From: Antechinus flavipes
Lineage: Eukaryota
Assembly: GCF_016432865.1 (NCBI RefSeq)
Contig: NC_067401.1
Location: forward strand, 65,782,001 to 65,846,000
Length of the DNA: 64,000 nt
Direction of reading: 5' to 3'
The notes under the pieces are model-generated. The model was not told where the DNA came from. It worked only from the letters and a program-made list of their open reading frames with translations, and did not search any database. The position numbers were made by a program, and so were the translations under genes. Below, one piece after another: positions 60,111-64,000 of the stretch; the stretch's first letter is position 1; each line of letters opens with the position of its first letter.

Positions 60111-62439
60111 CCATAATATCTTAGATATTCCTAACTTCAGGCTCAGTATTCTTATTCACTATGTTATTTAACTGATATAAATATAGATATATATATTATA
60201 TATAGTATATTCATTGTATAAATTTATATATATACACACACACTATGGACACACATTTACACCAATGTATGTATATCTTTATAGATGTTCAGATTTTCCC
60301 TCTGACATTTAACTATAAGTTTTGTCCAAAGCAAGTCACTTAACCATGATTCTTGAGCAGAATCAGAGACCTACCCTGCAGGCTTTAGCCCCTTAGTCTT
60401 TGGAACTTCCATCTGTTGCTAAGATCAGTTAGTATTTCATCGGGCCTGTTATTTCAGGCAGCCCCTTTAGCCATGCTGCCGTTTATTCTTGCCCCATACT
60501 TTATCCAGCTCTGAAACCAAGAAGCAACTCTGCCATTGCTCCTTAGAAACCAGACTTCAGGTACTGGCTGCATAGATTTATGGGAATCAAAGTCCAAAGG
60601 GACAATAGGGGTTCTTCTCATTTGGAGGAAAAGGATCCAAAATTCTGGGTAACAGGTTTCTTGCTGTGCTAGGAGGTTTTGAACTATACTGTGGAACTGG
60701 GAAAAGTTGATTGGCAGTGGCAGTGAGTGAAGCTCAGCATGAGAGCAGGTGTTTAAAAGGAAACTAACAATAGATCACTGATGGGGCCGGGGCTTTCCCT
60801 ATATGATGTTCTATCTATTAAAAGATGCTGATAGAGTTGTTTGGCACGATTGAGGCTGCAGGTTGTGACTATCCCAGCAGCAAATCAGTGAAAGATTTGT
60901 CTATTCTCCTTTACACCTGCCCAAACTCTTTTTTCTGGTACTCTTTATTTGTCTAAGTGTTAGCTGTAATTTCTCTATTTCTTCTATTTCTTTAAGTTGT
61001 TTCCATTTCCTGATTTTGTTTCATATAAAAACTGTAAATGATCATAGCTTCTTTGTGGCACATATCTGTGTAGTAGTAGTCCTCAGAGTAGAATGTAATG
61101 GAAGATATTGGTAAATATCTGGAAACACAATTAGAACAGAATAGGTGTTTGATCCTCAATCCAAAATAATCAAGATTTCGGCACTCCAAACATAATAAAA
61201 AATTTATGATTTTGATTTTAGATAATTTACACAAGCTCCAAAATAATAAAAATTAGCCAGTGAATTGGAACCATTTCACCATGAGATTAAAAGAAATCAC
61301 TGTTGAACCAGAGTTGTAGTTCAGAGCTTCTCAAAGAAAAGTTTTAAGTTGTGGGAGAGACCAAGGGAAGGTCATGCCCTGGGGTACCTGGCTGGATGGT
61401 AAATCCTAAAAGAAAAACTTCATACTGACACCTGCTGGCTATACAAATATTTCCACTCATCCCTGTAATTTAACATGTCCCTCCCTTGTCACCATACTCC
61501 AAGGTGAAATGTTTCCTCTCCATGTTAGAATTTAAGTCTCTTGAAAACTGGAATCAAATGTCTTTGGTTTTGTATCTGTATCCCTAGGGCTTACCACTAA
61601 ATAAGATCTTAATAGATGTTTTTTGTTTTTTAATTTTTTAAAAATCATTTACTCACTCAGAGCCTCCAACTACACCCCAGGAATTATCATCTAAGTTATT
61701 ATAATTTGTAATGTGCCTAGATGAAAAGAGTTCCCCACAGAAATGAAATCAAAGATTTTTCCATGTGTTCTCTCTCACTAGTTTGTATGAAGGCAATTAA
61801 AAAATACAGGAAAAGTGTTTTGTTTTGTTAGGCAATAAAAAAAGAAGAGGTTTTCTATGAGAAAGAAGCACCCCCATAGTCTTTTCACTTTCTAATGCCC
61901 CTGGAAATACTTTTATTCTTATCATAAAAATGTTTTTTTAATCATATAAGGTTCAACCACAGTTTAAAAATTATAGGCTGAGACAGTATTGGCTGATTAA
62001 TGTGGAACCCTTCAAAAGCTTTTAGAGCTCAGTCTCACTTTAGTACTCAAAAATATGCATTGATATTTATTGTCCCATTATTGTTGGCTAAGTTTTCAAG
62101 TAGTTAGCAGAGGGAATAGATTCCTTCTAACACAGGTAGTACATTGCAGAACTGCTAGTTACCTAAACTGGGATAATTTATGGGAAAAGAATAAAAAGGA
62201 CTGGAATATATTCATAGAAACCTAGCTCTTGAAAGGGAAGGCATGGGATTTAAAATGGGGAGCCCCAAATTCAACTTCCCAGTCTACCATTTGTGTGAGT
62301 TGGATCACTTTCTTTCCCTATACCTAATTTTTTTGTCTGTAAAATGGTAGACCTGGAAAAGATGATTTCTGAAGTTCCTCTAATTCTAAATTTTACGATC
62401 TTAGATGCCATTTTGTTCAGCCCTTGATTTTACAGATGA

Positions 62440-62650
62440 ATAAATTGCCTTTGACCCTATGCTGGTCAATGTTTTTATCAGTGATGTGACCTAGAAACAT
62501 AGATGGCATATTTGTCGTAATTTCAGATGTCAGGAAACAGAAGATAATATTTAACACATTGCAAAACAGAGTCCAAAAGATCATTATAGGCCAAAATGAT
62601 GGGTTGACTCTAACAAGATGAAAGGTAATTAGGATAAGTATAAATTAGTA
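62440..62650 (+). mobile_element. L3/CR1 RT fragment
   Basis: Degenerate P.L.N.FI.D...DG.F..F.D (CR1 RT core). A further L3 3' piece lies at ~63200-63440. Confidence 0.6.
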
Positions 62651-64000
62651 AGATCATAAGATTTAGAGCTAGACAGGACTTTGGAAACCCTTGTCATTTT
62701 TTAGATAAGGCAACAGAGGCACAGAAAAGTTAAGTGATTTGCTCAGGATCACAGAGGTAACTCATACTGATGAAATCACAGATTAAAAACTCCGACTGAA
62801 AAACTATAGAATTTCTGAGTCAGTTGGTTAGTCAATAAGCATTTAAGTGTTTACAATGTTCCAGGCACTATGCTAAATTCTGAGAATAAAAAGGAGGATA
62901 AAAGACAGTCTCCATTCTCAAGGAACACACAGTCTAGTGGGAGAAACAACACGCAAACAACTATGTAAAATAAGCTATATACTGAATAAATTAGAAACAA
63001 CTGAAAGATTAATTAGAATTAATAAAAAGTGAGAAAGGCTTCCTTTAAAATGTAGAATTTTAGCTAGGACTAGAAGGAACCCTGAGAAGCCAGGAGGCAG
63101 AAATGAGTAGATTCAGCCAATCAAAATACCTAGAGTCAAAATGGAGTACTGTGCTTAAAGAGGGAACTAGGATGGTAAAGTGCTCCATGCTCATGTCATG
63201 TGAATTGACAAAGTTAGAGACATTTATCTGGGAGAAGAGAAGATTCAGGTTGTGATAAGATAGCCTCTTCAAATATTTGAAGGCTATTACTGTGTGGAAA
63301 AGGAATTATACTTGTTCTGTTGTACCCCAAAGGGCAAAACCAGAAGGAATGTGTCAAAGTTGCCAAGAAGTCTAAACTTAAAGTCAGAAACTTCTTAACA
63401 ATTAGGGATCTCAAAAATGGAATGGACTCCCCTGAATCCTTTTGGGTTTTCTCTTCTTAGAGATAGATACGCTATTATATGACTACTTGTAAGATGGATA
63501 TGTTCCTTTGGGGCTTGGGATCGCTAAATGGCCTCAGAGGACCTTCCAAGTTTGATATTTTCTGCAATATTATTAAGTCATTCAACAGACAATTAGAGAG
63601 TGACTGCTACAGCTAAAATCCCGTGCTATTTTCCTGTACTACTTTAAAGAATATTATTATTATTATCACTGTCAACTTATGAGGGGAAATGTCTATTAAA
63701 ATGCTAAACACTAACAAAAGTTTAATAAAGTATTTTAAAATGGCTGTTACCACCTATGATCCTAAAATCTCCCTGAATTAAAACAATCAACAAATATTCA
63801 TTAACCACCCACTATATGTGGCACTGTTCTAAGAGCTAGAATCACACAGAAGAACCTAAAATGGTCCTTGGCTTCAAGAAGCTCAGAGTACACTGGAAGA
63901 CACATGTTCATAGACAAGTAAATACAGGATATATGAAAATAGGATGATTTGGCGTAGGACAGTATTAATAACTGGGCAAATCAGAAAAGTCCCCTTGAAG

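Noticed and set aside
49720-64000. Exons of a neighbouring gene upstream of CDC14A
   Set aside because: No recognisable coding exon with splice sites was found. The region is dominated by L1, L2, L3, MIR and MAR1 fragments.

Overview
AT-rich, repeat-dense marsupial genomic DNA. The repeat content (WSINE1, MAR1 SINEs, an OC1-type hAT MITE, marsupial L1/RTE, L2, L3/CR1, MIR) points to a dasyurid, plausibly the Tasmanian devil; the species call is an inference. The window holds the 5' half of CDC14A (dual-specificity phosphatase) on the minus strand: a CpG-island promoter (~48.0-49.7 kb) and coding exons 1-4 (48615-48663, 47543-47633, 15671-15746, 5570-5662; 49+91+76+93 nt, all GT-AG, one continuous frame: [103 protein letters not shown]). 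The gene continues beyond the left edge. About 14 kb of upstream DNA lies to the right and is mostly repeats. There are two short assembly gaps. No rRNA, tRNA, CRISPR or other prokaryotic-type feature was seen. The best unexplained signals are candidate alternative transcript architecture of CDC14A: an ATG-initiated 40-codon exon in intron 3 that would splice in frame to exon 4 and replace the N-terminus; an 11-nt microexon or recursive-splice-like site just downstream of it; and an RFX-palindrome/TATA/donor module ~8 kb upstream. Coordinates of old repeats are approximate and family names come from recognition, not a database search.
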